Shown piece by piece: positions 10,306 to 20,160 of a stretch of 64,000 nucleotides of DNA. The position numbers and the translations under genes were made by a program. Every line of letters starts with the position of its first letter. Position 1 is the stretch's first letter. Origin of the DNA: Bacteroidales bacterium (GTDB taxonomy: Bacteria > Bacteroidota > Bacteroidia > Bacteroidales > JAUNSR01); NCBI GenBank assembly GCA_036655755.1, contig JAVVPN010000004.1, forward strand, positions 5,143 through 69,142, given 5' to 3'. A model generated the notes under the pieces. The model searched no databases. It worked only from the letters and a program-made list of their open reading frames with translations, and was not told where the DNA came from.

Positions 10306-10466
10306 AACTGAAAATTTGTTTTATAAGTATATTTTGTTTATTGAAAACTATATATCCACTTTCGGTGTTGTTTGTTGGTCGATTTTCTTACATTATTTCA
10401 AATTTTATCCGTATGAAAACGGTATTGGGGTTTTATTGGTTATTTTTGTAATAAAACCCGTAAGAT

Positions 10467-11225
10467 ATGTTGGAAGAAATGAAAAACAGACGGACGATTC
10501 GTCAATATCAGGAAAAAATGATTTCTGAAGAAAAGTTAACAAATTTGCTCGAAATTGCTTGTCGTGCCTCAACCATGGGAAATATGCAGCTATACAGTAT
10601 TGTAGTTACCCGGGATGCGGAAATGAAAGAAAAATTAGCTCCCGCTCATTTTAATCAGCCGATGGTACGCACCGCTCCTGTTGTACTTACTTTCTGTGCT
10701 GATTTTAATCGTGCGGTGAAGTGGTGCGAGCAACGCGAAGCAGATCACGGTTATGATAATTTCCAGTCGTTCATCGCGGCGGCTACCGACGCGCTGTTGG
10801 TGGCTCAGTCTTTCTGTAACGCAGCCGAAGCGGCGGGGTTGGGGATTTGCTATCTGGGGACGACAACGTATAATGCGCAGCCTATTATCGATACGCTCCG
10901 TTTGCCCGAATTGGTTGTGCCTGTAACAACTGTTACCGTTGGTTATCCGGCCGAATCTCCGGAGCAGGTAGAGCGTTTGCCGTTAACAGGGGTGGTTCAT
11001 TACGAAAGCTATGAGCCGAATACTCGCGCGCGTATCGATTGTGTTTATACTGAGAAAGAAAATCTGGCCGCAAATATTCGTTTTGTAGAAGAAAATAACA
11101 AAAAGACATTGGCCCAGGTATTTACAGATGTGCGCTATACGCGCAAGAATAATGAGTTCTTTTCAGACGCGTTTTTGAAAGTGCTCGAAAATCAGGGTTT
11201 TCTAAAAGGAAAATTGAATTTCTGA
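10467..11225 (+). CDS. Nitroreductase-family NAD(P)H oxidoreductase
   Basis: The 252-aa protein has an N-terminal RRTIRQY motif and SIVVTRD, fitting the nitroreductase fold. Confidence 0.8.
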   Translation: MLEEMKNRRTIRQYQEKMISEEKLTNLLEIACRASTMGNMQLYSIVVTRDAEMKEKLAPAHFNQPMVRTAPVVLTFCADFNRAVKWCEQREADHGYDNFQSFIAAATDALLVAQSFCNAAEAAGLGICYLGTTTYNAQPIIDTLRLPELVVPVTTVTVGYPAESPEQVERLPLTGVVHYESYEPNTRARIDCVYTEKENLAANIRFVEENNKKTLAQVFTDVRYTRKNNEFFSDAFLKVLENQGFLKGKLNF

Positions 11226-11234
11226 AATAAAAAA

Positions 11235-11261
11235 AGAGATGCTTATTTTTTAAGCATCTCT
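11235..11261. terminator. Hairpin shared by the convergent nitroreductase gene and dnaA
   Basis: The hairpin is AGAGATGCTTA-TTTTT-TAAGCATCTCT. Its 3' arm overlaps the last dnaA codons. A T-run follows it on the minus strand. Confidence 0.6.
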
Positions 11262-12643
11262 TCAATTTCTGTCAGATTCGAGCGGAAGGCCTTGTCGATA
11301 TCAAGTAGTCCGCTTATATTTTTGCAAGCATGCAGTACCGTAGCGTGATCACGTTTCCCAATCATCTCCCCAATACGCGACAGAGAGAAGTCGGTGTATT
11401 TCTTCGATAAGTACATAGAAATCTGGCGTGCATGTACGATTTCACGTTTGCGTGATTTTGAGTTGATCTGTTTGTTGTCGATATTGAAATAACGGCAAAC
11501 AGTTTCCTGAATCGCCTCGATCGTAATTTGTTTTTTCTCAATATGTACGCTCGTGCTCAATACTCTTTCCGCAAGGTCAATGCTTATTTCACGATTAAAG
11601 ATGGTTGAATGTGCCATCAGCGAAACGATAATTCCCTCCAGGTCACGTACATTGTCTGTGACGTTACGTGCGATATAATCTACCACTTCCTTATTGATTG
11701 ACAATCCATCATGACGAATTTTATTTGTCAGGATAGAACGGCGCAGATCATAGTCCGGGCGTTCCAGTTCCGCTGTCAAACCCCATTTGAAACGGGTAAG
11801 CAAACGAGGTACCATTCCCTGTAAAGATACGGGCGGACGGTCGGATGTCATTACCAGCTGTTTGCGGTTCTGGTGCAAATGGTTGAAAATGTGGAAGAAT
11901 GTATTCTGGGTTTGTGTTTTGCCTGCAAACTCCTGAATGTCATCAATCAGCAATACGTCGATGCTTTGGTAGAAATTGATGAAATCGTTCACTGTATTAT
12001 TTCGTACCGCATCGGTATATTGTACCTGGAATAGGTGTGAGGTTACATATAGTACGCGCTTCGAAGGGTCTTGTTCTTTGATGCGGATGCCGATGGCATG
12101 CGCAAGATGGGTTTTTCCCACACCCGATTCTCCGTAAAGGAATAGTGGGTTGAAGGCCGTGTTCCCGGGGTTTTGAGCAATGGTTTCTCCCGCAGTACGC
12201 GCAAGTTTATTGCTCAGACCTGAAAAATAATTTTCGAAGTTGTAGTTTTGGTTCAACTGTGAGTCAAGATCGGCATACTGTTGCTGCTTAAACGGATCTG
12301 CGTTTCTTGGGGTTTCTTTCTGAACCGGCTGAGGTGCAATTACATTTGGCTTGTTGGTTCCTTCGATTTCTACCGTAGATTTGGTCTGGTTTTCAACTAC
12401 GACCTGATACATCAATTGCGTCCCCTCCCCAAATACCCTGTAAAGGGATTGACGAAGCAGACTCACATACTTTTCTTCCAGATATTCATAGAAGAAATGG
12501 GTAGGTACCTGAATAGTTAAAACTTTATTCTGGAAATGAAGCGGAACAATGGGAGTAAACCATGTTTTAAAAGCAGCCTCCGGTACATTGTCTTTGATTA
12601 TATCAAGACATTTTTTCCATAAAGTTACGAAATCGGAACTCAT
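11243..12643 (-). CDS. dnaA: Chromosomal replication initiator DnaA
   Basis: The ORF track gives 11243..12769. The likely start is the Met at 12643 ([29 protein letters not shown]). The protein has Walker [18 protein letters not shown], and a C-terminal DNA-binding domain (HATVLHA). Confidence 0.95.
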   Translation of the reverse strand: MSSDFVTLWKKCLDIIKDNVPEAAFKTWFTPIVPLHFQNKVLTIQVPTHFFYEYLEEKYVSLLRQSLYRVFGEGTQLMYQVVVENQTKSTVEIEGTNKPNVIAPQPVQKETPRNADPFKQQQYADLDSQLNQNYNFENYFSGLSNKLARTAGETIAQNPGNTAFNPLFLYGESGVGKTHLAHAIGIRIKEQDPSKRVLYVTSHLFQVQYTDAVRNNTVNDFINFYQSIDVLLIDDIQEFAGKTQTQNTFFHIFNHLHQNRKQLVMTSDRPPVSLQGMVPRLLTRFKWGLTAELERPDYDLRRSILTNKIRHDGLSINKEVVDYIARNVTDNVRDLEGIIVSLMAHSTIFNREISIDLAERVLSTSVHIEKKQITIEAIQETVCRYFNIDNKQINSKSRKREIVHARQISMYLSKKYTDFSLSRIGEMIGKRDHATVLHACKNISGLLDIDKAFRSNLTEIEEMLKK

Positions 12644-13047
12644 TGCTAAAACCAAATTTTTCAAGTCATATAAATTGCACTGACAAAAATCACAAAAAAC
12701 TTTCTTAAAAACAAGTGCTATGTTTTCTTGCAATTCTCGAAGATTGTGTAAGTGTTTGAAAATCAGCAAATGTTAAATAACGTCTTCTTTGGAATGAGTT
12801 GTTTTATTGTGGTATTTAATATATTGTAAATCAATATTTTGACGAATGGTGTTTTACAACATTTCTGAAATATATAAAAGAATCTTTTTTTATTTATTCT
12901 CGTAGAATGGGGGTTGATTGAGCATTCCATCTTTTTAAGGAATGTTACAGGAGAAAGACTTGATTCTAAATAATGAGGTAAGTATTATTTAAGGGCTATT
13001 TGGTTCTGTTTTATTAAGAAATAAATATTAATTCTATTCTATGTAAA

Positions 13048-13091
13048 AAGCAAAAATGCTCCGGCTGTATTAGTCCGGAGCATTTTTGCTT
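13048..13091 (-). terminator. Intrinsic terminator of the MlaD-like gene
   Basis: A 17-bp perfect stem, AAGCAAAAATGCTCCGG/CCGGAGCATTTTTGCTT, is followed by a T-run on the minus strand. Confidence 0.8.
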
Positions 13092-13106
13092 GTGTATAAA
13101 TCTATT

Positions 13107-14000
13107 TTATTTCTTTCCGAAAATTGAAAAATGCACATAGCGTTTTGGATTCGCTTTCAGGTCGATCACCAGTGAATCGGCATTACGCAATGTGTTATTC
13201 AGATTTTGATATACACCATCGCTGTTTAATAATAATCCAAGTGTATTGTCTTTCGATTTCATTTTATCCGTAATCTCTTTTACGTTGGCCAGTGTTCCGT
13301 TTACCGAACTAACCAATTCTTCAAAGTTGATCTCTTTTACATTCTGGCTGATTTCATTGAAATTTGCCGACATGGTTTTCAGATTTCCTACGATTACCGG
13401 AACATCGTTCTTCATCAGTTTATTCAAGCTGCGTGAGCTTGCTTCCAGTTCTGCTGTCATGCTGTTAACCTGTAGGAATGTTTCTTTTAATTTGGCATTT
13501 GCCACAAGATCGTTTAATCCGTTAAGTATAGAATCAATCTTAGGGAGCATAACTTCCAGCTGAGGTACCATCTTTTCTGTCACGGTACCCATTAATCCGG
13601 CATCGTTAATGCCCATCAATGTATCGCCAATAGCATGGTGGGCACCCACATACTGATTTAATTCTAATTCGATGGTAGCGGTTCCCAGAAGGTCTGCTTT
13701 GAGTATAGCCTTGCTGCCTGCCGGTACTTTCAGTTTTTTGTCCAGGCTCATCTCTACGATTACATTTCCCGGATCGGTATAATCATATTCGATGCTGCGA
13801 ATCAGTCCCACTTTAAAGCCGTCAATAAATACAGGAGACGAAACGGCCAATCCGGTAACATTCTTATATTTCGCATAGAAATAATTTTCCGGTTTGAAGA
13901 TATTGACTCCTTTAAGATAGTCGATTCCGAAGAAAAGAATCAATGCACAGATAATTGTTGTCAACCCGATTTTAAATTCCTTACTAATTAATTTTTTCAT
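13107..14000 (-). CDS. MlaD/MCE-family protein
   Basis: The 297-aa protein has an N-terminal transmembrane helix, then an MlaD beta-barrel region (VTGLAVSSPVFIDGFKVGLI) and a C-terminal coiled-coil-like region. Confidence 0.8.
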   Translation of the reverse strand: MKKLISKEFKIGLTTIICALILFFGIDYLKGVNIFKPENYFYAKYKNVTGLAVSSPVFIDGFKVGLIRSIEYDYTDPGNVIVEMSLDKKLKVPAGSKAILKADLLGTATIELELNQYVGAHHAIGDTLMGINDAGLMGTVTEKMVPQLEVMLPKIDSILNGLNDLVANAKLKETFLQVNSMTAELEASSRSLNKLMKNDVPVIVGNLKTMSANFNEISQNVKEINFEELVSSVNGTLANVKEITDKMKSKDNTLGLLLNSDGVYQNLNNTLRNADSLVIDLKANPKRYVHFSIFGKK

Positions 14001-14056
14001 TTATATATAATTCTATTTTTAACATCAAGGTATAAATGCGCCATTTATATACTGTA

Positions 14057-14090
14057 TGTTGGGTATCTCAACTTTAGGTGAGTTATGGCG
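14057..14090 (-). repeat. 34-bp conserved intergenic motif, copy A
   Basis: The plus strand reads TGTTGGGTATCTCAACTTTAGGTGAGTTATGGCG. It matches 53873..53906 at 31 of 34 positions and 30741..30774 at 29 of 34. It lies 57 bp upstream of the MlaD start codon. Confidence 0.8.
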
Positions 14091-14282
14091 ATTTCATTTA
14101 TATAGAACTTATTTTTTTACATCAAGGCATAAATGCGCCGTTTATATACCTTTATAAAACAGAGCCTACTTATTTTTTTGCAGAGCAATAAATGGTTCAG
14201 GCTATTTTTAATTTACTACAAAGTAACGATTTTTTTCTGTAAGCAGTATGCATTTGGCATTTTAAAGTACCAATTCCTGCCA

Positions 14283-15446
14283 TCAACGGGCAATTCTTTT
14301 ACCATCTTGAAAGCGTATGACAAAGGCATCTTTGAATTTTCCCCGCACTTGCCGCTGTATGCGCGTAATTTCGTTAAAATCGGTGGTTGAGCCGTATGTA
14401 AAGCGATAGGTGCCTTTTTCAACATAATAATCAACCGGCCACAATCCTTTTAGCTGTGGAGCGCCTTTGGTCAATTTTTTATGATATGACAGAAACTGTA
14501 CGCGATACTCTATTTTGCCTTTCGGATTACTTTTGGTCGATTTCGTTTCGGTAATTTTCCGATCTGTCTGCTGTTTGTTCGTATTTGTGCTCGTATTGCT
14601 CTTGGGAGTGCTCTTCGGAGTTTCTGTTTCCCTATAAGCCGGCTGAGCTACCGCGGTTACCCCGTTGTGGCGGTCGTAAGCCTCCTTATACGAGTTGAAT
14701 CCATGATAAATAGCGGCGGAAATTTTGTTTCTGCCTTCTGCTGATGCCAGGTATTTTTCCTCATTACGATTTGATAAAAAGCCTGTTTCTACTAAAACAG
14801 CAGGCATGCTTGCTGTTTTCAGTACCAGATAAGGCGCCTGCCGCACTTGGCGGTCATGTCTTTTTGCCCGTGTTCTGAATTCTGTCTGAATCAGTGACGC
14901 TAGTTGGATGCTTTGCGTCTGGTGGGTGCCCTGCAATGTTTCAAACATGATATACGACTCTGCGCTATTCGGGTCGAATCCTTGATAACGGGTCTGATAA
15001 TCATCCTCCAGTAAGATTACCGCATTTTCACGTTTTGCCACCTCGAGGTTCTCGTCTGTTTTAGCCGTACCGAGCGTAAACGTTCCGGTACCGTAAGCAC
15101 TGGCCGCGTTTTTAGCAGGTACCGCGTCTGCATGAATTGAGATAAACAGATCCGCTTTATGCTTGTTGGCGATTTCGGTACGCTGAATCAAGGGTACGAA
15201 GATGTCTGTCTTGCGGGTATATACCACTTTTACATCTTTGTGATTCGCTTCAATCAGCTGCCCTAACTTTAAAGCGACCGCCAGATTTACGGTTTTCTCT
15301 TTGGTTCCTCCGGCTCCGATACAACCCGGGTCTTTTCCGCCATGGCCCGGATCCAGTACGATTGTAAATGTCTTGGCAGAGACTTCAGATGCCGGAAATA
15401 CCAGGCAGCAATAAAGTAGTATGAATAATAAATAATGTTTACCCAT
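14283..15446 (-). CDS. N-acetylmuramoyl-L-alanine amidase (Amidase_3) with C-terminal SPOR domain
   Basis: The protein shows LDPGHGGKDPG and ISIHADA motifs, a Thr/Lys-rich linker, and a SPOR-like C-terminus (YRVQFLSY...RFTYGS). Confidence 0.85.
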   Translation of the reverse strand: MGKHYLLFILLYCCLVFPASEVSAKTFTIVLDPGHGGKDPGCIGAGGTKEKTVNLAVALKLGQLIEANHKDVKVVYTRKTDIFVPLIQRTEIANKHKADLFISIHADAVPAKNAASAYGTGTFTLGTAKTDENLEVAKRENAVILLEDDYQTRYQGFDPNSAESYIMFETLQGTHQTQSIQLASLIQTEFRTRAKRHDRQVRQAPYLVLKTASMPAVLVETGFLSNRNEEKYLASAEGRNKISAAIYHGFNSYKEAYDRHNGVTAVAQPAYRETETPKSTPKSNTSTNTNKQQTDRKITETKSTKSNPKGKIEYRVQFLSYHKKLTKGAPQLKGLWPVDYYVEKGTYRFTYGSTTDFNEITRIQRQVRGKFKDAFVIRFQDGKRIAR

Positions 15447-15667
15447 AGGTTATAATATGATTAAATTTTCATATCGGTTTTAAAGGCTGATAATCAGCGG
15501 ATGTGAGGGGGTGGTTGCGTTCTGACTTTTTGTTTTTAAATACTCTCAAGCAAAATTAATATATAATACATGAATTAAATTGTCTAAAAACTAAATTTAT
15601 TAGTTTTTAAGGGCATTTCATCCCCTTAAATCCTTATTTTTGAGCCTTTCTGATAATATTTGTAGAT

Positions 15668-16423
15668 ATGAAGACTTATGGCTTGCTGGGGCATCCGCTT
15701 ACTCATTCCTTTTCAAAAGGTTATTTTACAGACAAATTTAACAACGAGCAAATTGATGCCTGTTATCTTAATTTTGATCTCCCGGATCTTTCCGGCTTCT
15801 TAGCGTTGTTTGACGAACATCCGGAGCTGGCAGGCATGAACGTGACAATTCCTTATAAGCAGCAGGTAATCCCTTTTCTGGATGCGCTCGATCCCGAAGC
15901 TGAAGCGATGGGCGCTGTAAATGTGATTCGCGTAACGTATGAAAACGGCCGCCGCAAACTCACCGGCTATAATTCCGATTACAAAGGTTTTGCCGACTCC
16001 ATAAGTCCACTGTTACCCGCCGAAGATGGATTGAAGGCATTGGTGCTCGGTACGGGTGGGGCGAGCAAGGCGGTGGTGTATGCGTTGCAAAAAGCGGGTA
16101 TTCAGACAACTTATGTTTCGCGCCAACCTGTTGAATCGGGTTTTACCTACGCCGATCTTACTCCCGCATTGTTGGGCGATTATCGTATTATTGTAAACAC
16201 GTCGCCGGTCGGAATGTATCCGCATGTAAACGAAAAGCCGTTACTCCCTTATGATGGAATAACGGCCTCACATATTTGTTATGATTTGATTTATAATCCT
16301 GAAGAAACCGAATTTCTCGCAGAAGCCCGTCGGAGAGGGGCTGTTACCTGCAACGGTAGCCGGATGCTCGAAGGACAGGCTCTCGAAGCCTGGCGCATCT
16401 GGAATCTGCCGGATGGATTATAA
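15668..16423 (+). CDS. aroE: Shikimate dehydrogenase
   Basis: The protein shows HSFSKGYF, NVTIPYK, and the Rossmann loop LGTGGASKAV. Confidence 0.85.
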   Translation: MKTYGLLGHPLTHSFSKGYFTDKFNNEQIDACYLNFDLPDLSGFLALFDEHPELAGMNVTIPYKQQVIPFLDALDPEAEAMGAVNVIRVTYENGRRKLTGYNSDYKGFADSISPLLPAEDGLKALVLGTGGASKAVVYALQKAGIQTTYVSRQPVESGFTYADLTPALLGDYRIIVNTSPVGMYPHVNEKPLLPYDGITASHICYDLIYNPEETEFLAEARRRGAVTCNGSRMLEGQALEAWRIWNLPDGL

Positions 16424-17233
16424 CTTCAATAATTCGAGATAAATCAGGGCTGCCGGACAAGCCAGCAACACGCTGTCGAAACGGTCGAGCATACCACCGT
16501 GTCCCGGCAGCATATTTCCTGAATCTTTTACGCCGATTGTACGTTTCATAAGTGACTCGGTCAAATCACCCCATGTAGAAAATACCGCTACGATAGCGCC
16601 GAAGCCAATCCATTCGATCGTGCTCAGATCGGCTGAGAACAATGAAAATACATATCCTCCGATCATCGCGAAGCAGATGCCTCCCCAAAATCCTTCCCAT
16701 GACTTTTTCGGCGAGATGCGTTCAAACAAACGACGTTTACCGATTCGGCTTCCTACAAGGTAAGCTCCGGTATCATTCAGCCAGATCGAAACAACCAGTC
16801 CCAACAACAAAATAGGGTCGTACATTCCGTATTGGAATCCGATCAGATTTAACAGCGCGAACGGTAGTGCGATATATGCCTGTCCCATCAGGATGTAAGC
16901 CCAGTTGCGAAGCGGAGTTTCTCTTTTTCCGTACAATTCGGATATCCATACGAAAATCAGATAAGCCAGGTAGATTAATAAAGTCTGTACCGGAAACTTA
17001 TTCATGGCAATTCCCGCCAACGAAAGAAACAGAATCACTCCCCCCGTTACTTGGGCCGGAATCCGGATTTTTACTCCCTGGTGGCGGTTCATGAGTTGAT
17101 AAAACTCTATCAGTATCAATGCCGCAATTAAAGTGAAGAGTCCGATAAATGCATACGGACTTAATAAGATGGCTCCTACAATAACCAGAACGAAAATCAC
17201 CCCTGTAAGGGCGCGGGTTGCCAGATTGCTCAA
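16418..17233 (-). CDS. cdsA: Phosphatidate cytidylyltransferase
   Basis: This is a polytopic membrane protein with the C-terminal CTP-transferase signature SLMKRTIGVKDSGNMLPGHGGMLDRFDS. Confidence 0.85.
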   Translation of the reverse strand: MSNLATRALTGVIFVLVIVGAILLSPYAFIGLFTLIAALILIEFYQLMNRHQGVKIRIPAQVTGGVILFLSLAGIAMNKFPVQTLLIYLAYLIFVWISELYGKRETPLRNWAYILMGQAYIALPFALLNLIGFQYGMYDPILLLGLVVSIWLNDTGAYLVGSRIGKRRLFERISPKKSWEGFWGGICFAMIGGYVFSLFSADLSTIEWIGFGAIVAVFSTWGDLTESLMKRTIGVKDSGNMLPGHGGMLDRFDSVLLACPAALIYLELLKL

Positions 17234-17337
17234 AATATAAATTTTAGTAAGTTATTAACCAAAATGTGTTGTCACATCTATAAGCAAAGATAGAAAAAAC
17301 ACTTTAATGACGAAATAGAAAGTAGCGCCTATATCTA

Positions 17338-17378
17338 TCAAAAAAGGTCTGTACCGTTAAAGTACAGACCTTCTTTTT
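17338..17378 (-). terminator. Intrinsic terminator after ftsH
   Basis: The hairpin AAGGTCTGTAC-CGTTAAA-GTACAGACCTT has T-runs on both strands. Confidence 0.75.
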
Positions 17379-17401
17379 ATCTTGGTAAGGCTTCTTTATC
17401 C

Positions 17402-19519
17402 TTATTTCTGAGCAGGGGTTGTTTCCGTATTCACTACAACCGTTGTTTCCATTTCTGCGACTTCCGGTGCTCCTGTCGTTTCCGTTTCAGGATTAACCGT
17501 AGGTTCGGTTGTTGTTTCAGTCGGAGCAGCTTCTTTTGCCGCTGCATTCGCTGTGGTCTGAGCAAGTTTTTTCTTCTCCTCGTCCGCCAGCAATACTTCC
17601 GAACGTGAAATCCATGGACGTTTACCGAAAATCTGGATTAAGTCGTCAGTAAAGATTACTTCTCTTTCAAACAGTAGGGTAGTCAGCTTCTGATGACCGT
17701 CTGCCTGTTTGCGTAAAATGCTTTTCGCACGTTCATATTGTTCCGCAATCACCAGTTGTACCTCTTCGTCAATAATCTGAGCTGTATTGTCGCTATACGG
17801 TTTTGTAAAACCATATTCCTGACCGCTCGAATCGTAGTAAGAAAGGTTTGGCAATTTTTCGCTCATCCCGTAATACGCGATAATCGCATACGCTTGTTTG
17901 GTTACACGCTCAAGGTCGTTGGCGGCTCCACTTGAAATATGCCCCAGGAACACCTCTTCGGCAGCACGGCCTCCCAGTGTGGTACATAATTCATCAAGCA
18001 TTTGCTGTTTGGTGGTGATTTGTCGCTCTTCCGGCATATACCATGCGGCCCCCAAGGCGCGTCCGCGAGGTACGATCGTTACTTTTACCAATGGAGCGGC
18101 ATGCTCAAGAAACCAACTTACAGTAGCATGTCCCGCTTCGTGAGTGGCGATCGAACGCTTTTCCTCGCTGGTCATGATCATTGTTTTCTTTTCCAATCCT
18201 CCGATGATACGGTCTACCGCATCATTGAAATCTTGCTTTTCCACCTGTTTTTTACCGTGGCGTGCCGCGATCAGCGCAGCTTCATTACAAACGTTCGCAA
18301 TATCCGCCCCCGAGAATCCCGGAGTCTGACGAGCCAGCATTTCGATATCTACCGATTCGTCGATGCGAATCTTATGCAGATGCACACGGAAAATATCTTT
18401 ACGTTCGTTTAAGTCGGGCAGATCCACATAGATCTGACGGTCGAAACGCCCCGCACGCAACAACGCTTTATCCAGAATATCCGCACGGTTGGTTGCGGCA
18501 AGGATAATCACACCACTGTTCGATCCGAATCCGTCCATCTCGGTAAGGAGCTGATTCAGCGTATTCTCACGCTCATCGTTCGAACCCATGTTCGGGTTTT
18601 TTCCGCGAGCGCGTCCTACCGCGTCGATCTCATCGATAAAGACGATACATGGCGCTTTTTCTTTTGCCTGACGGAACAAATCCCGTACGCGTGAAGCACC
18701 CACACCAACGAACATTTCAACGAAGTCAGAACCCGAAAGCGACATGAACGGTACGTTTGCCTCACCTGCCACTGCTTTCGCCAACAAGGTTTTACCTGTT
18801 CCCGGAGGGCCTACCAAAAGGGCTCCTTTCGGAATCTTACCTCCAAGGTCGGTGTATTTTGATGGGTTTTTAAGAAACTCTACAATCTCTTCTACCTCTT
18901 GCTTCGCTTCAGATAAACCGGCAACATCCTTGAATGTTACCATATCACCGCTGTCTTTGTCAAAAATCTGCGCTTTCGATTTGCCGACGTTAAATACATT
19001 TCCGCCGCCTCCGCCTCCCTGGCCCGACATGCGGCGCATCAGGAAGAACCAGAATCCGATAAATAACAGAATCGGACCGAAAGTCCATATCAGATCTGAG
19101 AAATCACTGCTTTTTTCATAACGGACATCAGCCGTGAAATTATTGTCAGCACGCCATTTGTCAACCGAATCTGAAAATTTATCAGCCGACGGGATGCTTA
19201 CGGTTATCATCGGGTTTTTTCCAATCTTTTCTTGCTTTGTATGAAAAACCTGCTGAGCGGCGCTATCGGTCAGATACGCCTCGATCAGGTCTTTGTTGGT
19301 TATGACAACAACTTTTTCAACGCCGCCACTCTTCGCTATTTTCTCGAACTCGGTAAAACCAACTTCTTTACTCATAGAATTATCATTAAGCATATATAAG
19401 CCAATCAGCAAAATGCCAATGATCGAGTACATCCAATAGAGATTGAACTTAAAGAATTTTGGTTTTTTTCCGCCCGAATTGGAATTACCAGAGAGCGGGT
19501 TTTGATTTTTGTTCTCCAT
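17402..19519 (-). CDS. ftsH: ATP-dependent zinc metalloprotease FtsH
   Basis: The protein shows the AAA+ Walker [14 protein letters not shown], the zinc site HEAGHA, and a Thr/Glu-rich C-terminal tail. Confidence 0.95.
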   Translation of the reverse strand: MENKNQNPLSGNSNSGGKKPKFFKFNLYWMYSIIGILLIGLYMLNDNSMSKEVGFTEFEKIAKSGGVEKVVVITNKDLIEAYLTDSAAQQVFHTKQEKIGKNPMITVSIPSADKFSDSVDKWRADNNFTADVRYEKSSDFSDLIWTFGPILLFIGFWFFLMRRMSGQGGGGGGNVFNVGKSKAQIFDKDSGDMVTFKDVAGLSEAKQEVEEIVEFLKNPSKYTDLGGKIPKGALLVGPPGTGKTLLAKAVAGEANVPFMSLSGSDFVEMFVGVGASRVRDLFRQAKEKAPCIVFIDEIDAVGRARGKNPNMGSNDERENTLNQLLTEMDGFGSNSGVIILAATNRADILDKALLRAGRFDRQIYVDLPDLNERKDIFRVHLHKIRIDESVDIEMLARQTPGFSGADIANVCNEAALIAARHGKKQVEKQDFNDAVDRIIGGLEKKTMIMTSEEKRSIATHEAGHATVSWFLEHAAPLVKVTIVPRGRALGAAWYMPEERQITTKQQMLDELCTTLGGRAAEEVFLGHISSGAANDLERVTKQAYAIIAYYGMSEKLPNLSYYDSSGQEYGFTKPYSDNTAQIIDEEVQLVIAEQYERAKSILRKQADGHQKLTTLLFEREVIFTDDLIQIFGKRPWISRSEVLLADEEKKKLAQTTANAAAKEAAPTETTTEPTVNPETETTGAPEVAEMETTVVVNTETTPAQK

Positions 19520-19569
19520 AGATCATTCGTTATGTGAATTCATTTTTTTGTTAAGTTGTTTTCCGGATT

Positions 19570-19923
19570 TTAATCAAGATCCGGTATCTCTGTCAGGTGT
19601 GCGTCTGCCCAAAGTTGTTCAAGCTTATAAAACTCGCGTACTTCCGGCAAGAATACGTGTACAATCGTATCACCATAATCCACCGCAATCCACTGGGAGT
19701 TTTTAAAGCCATCATAAGCATACGGACGCATTCCTTCTTCTTCACGCACATAGTCGATCATATTATCGGCAATGCTGTTTACCTGCGTGGTTGATGTTCC
19801 CTGACAAATAATAAAATATCGGAAGCTCGCCTCTTCAATTTCACTCATATCCACCACTACGATGTTTTTCGCTTTTTTTTCTTGTAAACCTTCAACTATT
19901 TTCCGGATTCTATCTTCTCTCAT
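19570..19923 (-). CDS. rsfS: Ribosome silencing factor RsfS (iojap-like)
   Basis: The 117-aa protein contains FIICQGTSTTQV and WIAVDYGDTIVHVF. It sits immediately upstream of ftsH on the same strand. Confidence 0.85.
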   Translation of the reverse strand: MREDRIRKIVEGLQEKKAKNIVVVDMSEIEEASFRYFIICQGTSTTQVNSIADNMIDYVREEEGMRPYAYDGFKNSQWIAVDYGDTIVHVFLPEVREFYKLEQLWADAHLTEIPDLD

Positions 19924-20126
19924 TTATGGGATGTTAATGATATTAATTCGCAAATATAACGTGAAAACCGACACTCCGAACGTTAATCTTCTGAATAATT
20001 ACTTTTTTATTTAAAACAGTTTATCTATTTTTTTGTTCTGCCCGTATTCATCTTTTGGCTTAACCGATTGAGGATTTGACAGAATATCTTGACGGCCGGA
20101 TATTCTGTTGCGAGCGATTATTTTTT

Positions 20127-20134
20127 TATCTTTG
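20127..20134 (+). promoter_or_regulatory. -7 box TATCTTTG upstream of the DUF3127 gene
   Basis: This is an exact TAnnTTTG match 26 nt upstream of the ATG at 20161. Confidence 0.45.
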
Positions 20135-20160
20135 CACGAAGATATAAATCAAACGCTATT

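Noticed and set aside
10090-10466. A cobalamin riboswitch or canonical NrdR boxes upstream of the B12-dependent RNR. I also looked for a B12 or TPP riboswitch upstream of the TonB-dependent receptor at 2050-2208.
   Set aside because: I could not find the conserved B12-box-like core (GCCACTG-type) or a TPP CUGAGA/ACCUGA core on the relevant strand. No 16-bp palindrome matches the NrdR consensus as I remember it. The repeats that are present are reported as unclassified sites instead.
10316-10528. A 70-aa plus-strand ORF overlapping the start of the nitroreductase gene.
   Set aside because: It is AT-rich, hydrophobic by composition only, overlaps the promoter region and the 5' end of a well-supported gene in another frame, and has no motif support.
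12644-13106. A firm oriC call next to dnaA.
   Set aside because: I found no DnaA-box match better than 5 of 9 by eye, and I have no skew information from a single window. It is kept only as a low-interest hypothesis.
14057-14090. Interpreting the 34-bp repeated motif as a structured cis-regulatory RNA (riboswitch-like).
   Set aside because: The candidate stems differ between the copies: CTCAC/GTGAG in copy C, AACTT/AAGTT in copy B, and a weaker version of either in copy A. The GCGCCAT/ATGGCG pairing is absent from copy C. With three copies there is no consistent covariation, so I report it only as a conserved DNA motif.
14133-14434. The ORFs 14133..14390 (+) and 14216..14434 (-) in and around the amidase/MlaD spacer.
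   Set aside because: They overlap the 3' end of the amidase gene and the repeat-containing spacer, and they have low-complexity AT-driven composition. The repeat element explains the sequence better.
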